Assembly: GCA_965216315.1 (NCBI GenBank)
Contig: CBDCFN010000016.1
Span: 800,001-864,000 of the forward strand
DNA length: 64,000 nt
Origin: a bacterium
Lineage (GTDB): Bacteria; UBA10199; 2-02-FULL-50-16; JAJFLM01
Reading direction: 5' to 3'
This document shows, one piece after another, positions 63,035 to 64,000 of this stretch. Positions within the stretch are counted from its first letter, which is position 1; each line of letters begins with the position of its first letter. The position numbers were made by a program, and so were the translations under genes. The notes under the pieces are model-generated. The model ran no database searches and had not been told where the DNA came from. It saw only the letters and a program-made list of their open reading frames with translations.

Positions 63035-64000
63035 ATGGCCCCTGCAGCGACCCCTCAAGATATGGAAACAACTATGAATTTTGCCTTTAAGGTCGTCGGT
63101 GATCTGGCGGCGGCCATGTCGGGGCCGTTGATTTATATCGGGGATCGCCTCGGGCTATTTAAGTTGATCGCTGAAGAGGGGCCTTTAACGGTCGACGAGC
63201 TGGCAAGTGAAAGCGGGTTGCAGCGCCGCTATCTCAAGGAGTGGCTCTCGGCGATGGTCGCGTCGGAATACGTGACCTATAAGCCGAGTAATAAGACCTT
63301 TTTTCTCACGAGTTCTCAGGCGATGGTGTTTGCTAATGAAGAGAGCCCGGTATTTGTCCAGGGCTTTGCTCAAATGATCCCGGACCATTACGGGAAAATT
63401 CCCGGGATTATGCGCGTGATGAAGGAGGGCGGCGGTATCCCGTATTCGGAATATAGTCATGACACCTTTGAAGGAACGGAACGTTTCTTTAAGCCGGGAT
63501 ATCTGAATTTTCTCGTCCAAGAATGGTTGCCGGCGACGGGTTATGAAGAACGACTCAAGGCCGGCATCAAGGTCGGTGATGTCGGTTGCGGACGAGGCTG
63601 GGCGATCATTACAATGGCTAAGGCCTATCCCAATTCGCAATTTGTTGGCTTTGATAATTATGGGCCCAATGTCGAAGCAGCACGCGCCAATGCAGAAGCA
63701 GCAGGTGTGTCGGCAAACGTCAGTTTTGAGGAATGCGATTCAACGGAACTGCCACAGACGGGCGATTTCACCCTCATGACGAACTTTGACAGTTTACATG
63801 ATATGACCGACCCGGAAGCGTGTGCGCGATCCGTTTATGGGACGCTCCAAGATGGAGGCGCGTGGATGGTCGTAGAACCTAATGTGCAGGATAACTTGGA
63901 AGATAACATTAATCCGTTGGCACGGGCCTTCTATTCCGTAAGCATGCTGCAATGCATGACCTGCTCATTAGCCAATGATGGTGCCGGCTACGGAGCTTGC
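63035..64000 (+). CDS. Class I SAM-dependent methyltransferase with N-terminal HTH (Rv2258c-like), runs off window end
   Basis: Not in ORF track; manual translation IGDRLGLF...RYLKEWL...DVGCGRG...FDSLHDMTDP; AGGAG RBS. Confidence 0.9.
   Translation, partial: MAPAATPQDMETTMNFAFKVVGDLAAAMSGPLIYIGDRLGLFKLIAEEGPLTVDELASESGLQRRYLKEWLSAMVASEYVTYKPSNKTFFLTSSQAMVFANEESPVFVQGFAQMIPDHYGKIPGIMRVMKEGGGIPYSEYSHDTFEGTERFFKPGYLNFLVQEWLPATGYEERLKAGIKVGDVGCGRGWAIITMAKAYPNSQFVGFDNYGPNVEAARANAEAAGVSANVSFEECDSTELPQTGDFTLMTNFDSLHDMTDPEACARSVYGTLQDGGAWMVVEPNVQDNLEDNINPLARAFYSVSMLQCMTCSLANDGAGYGAC

Noticed and set aside
63185..63779. ORFs listed at the window end
   Set aside because: Shadows of the real methyltransferase 63035..>64000, missed by the track because it has no stop in the window

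Overview
Bacterial chromosomal window, gene-dense and mostly housekeeping. Gene order and protein families resemble deltaproteobacterial (Desulfobacterota/Myxococcota/Bdellovibrionota-type) genomes; this taxonomy is inference. Core blocks: folD (partial); rpsB-tsf-pyrH-frr-uppS-cdsA-dxr-rseP; tsaB; an attenuator-led ilvB-ilvN-psd-pssA-leuA-leuB-asd...truA operon; minus-strand pyrG-rpoN-hpf-ptsN-ptsH-ptsI-metK-ahcY; purB-purC-purS-purQ-purL-purF; tatB/tatC; an acyl-CoA carboxylase trio; and zapA-6S RNA-ygfA-ymdB-tyrS with a short RNase R. No rRNA, tRNA, CRISPR array or transposase was seen. The most interesting signals are accessory. (1) A recurring FliA/sigma28-like motif (CAAC/CACC...CGATA) precedes a solitary type III export switch gene (FlhB/SctU), a large acidic RTX-repeat protein with a flagellin-like N-terminus and a perfect sigma54 promoter, and two orphan genes, suggesting a dispersed T3SS substrate regulon. 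(2) An 850-aa ORF looks like a polyprotein: a surface protein with an internal MYXO-CTERM-like anchor, then a second signal peptide and an outer-membrane beta-barrel. (3) A GTAG-type REP palindrome sits in frame inside truA. (4) A Ser/Thr kinase lies next to an FHA-GGDEF cyclase and they share TIV motifs. (5) Several genes are cleanly missing from normally conserved loci (kdsA/lptCAB, ilvC, leuCD, rny). Functional calls come from motif recognition by eye; no database searches were run.
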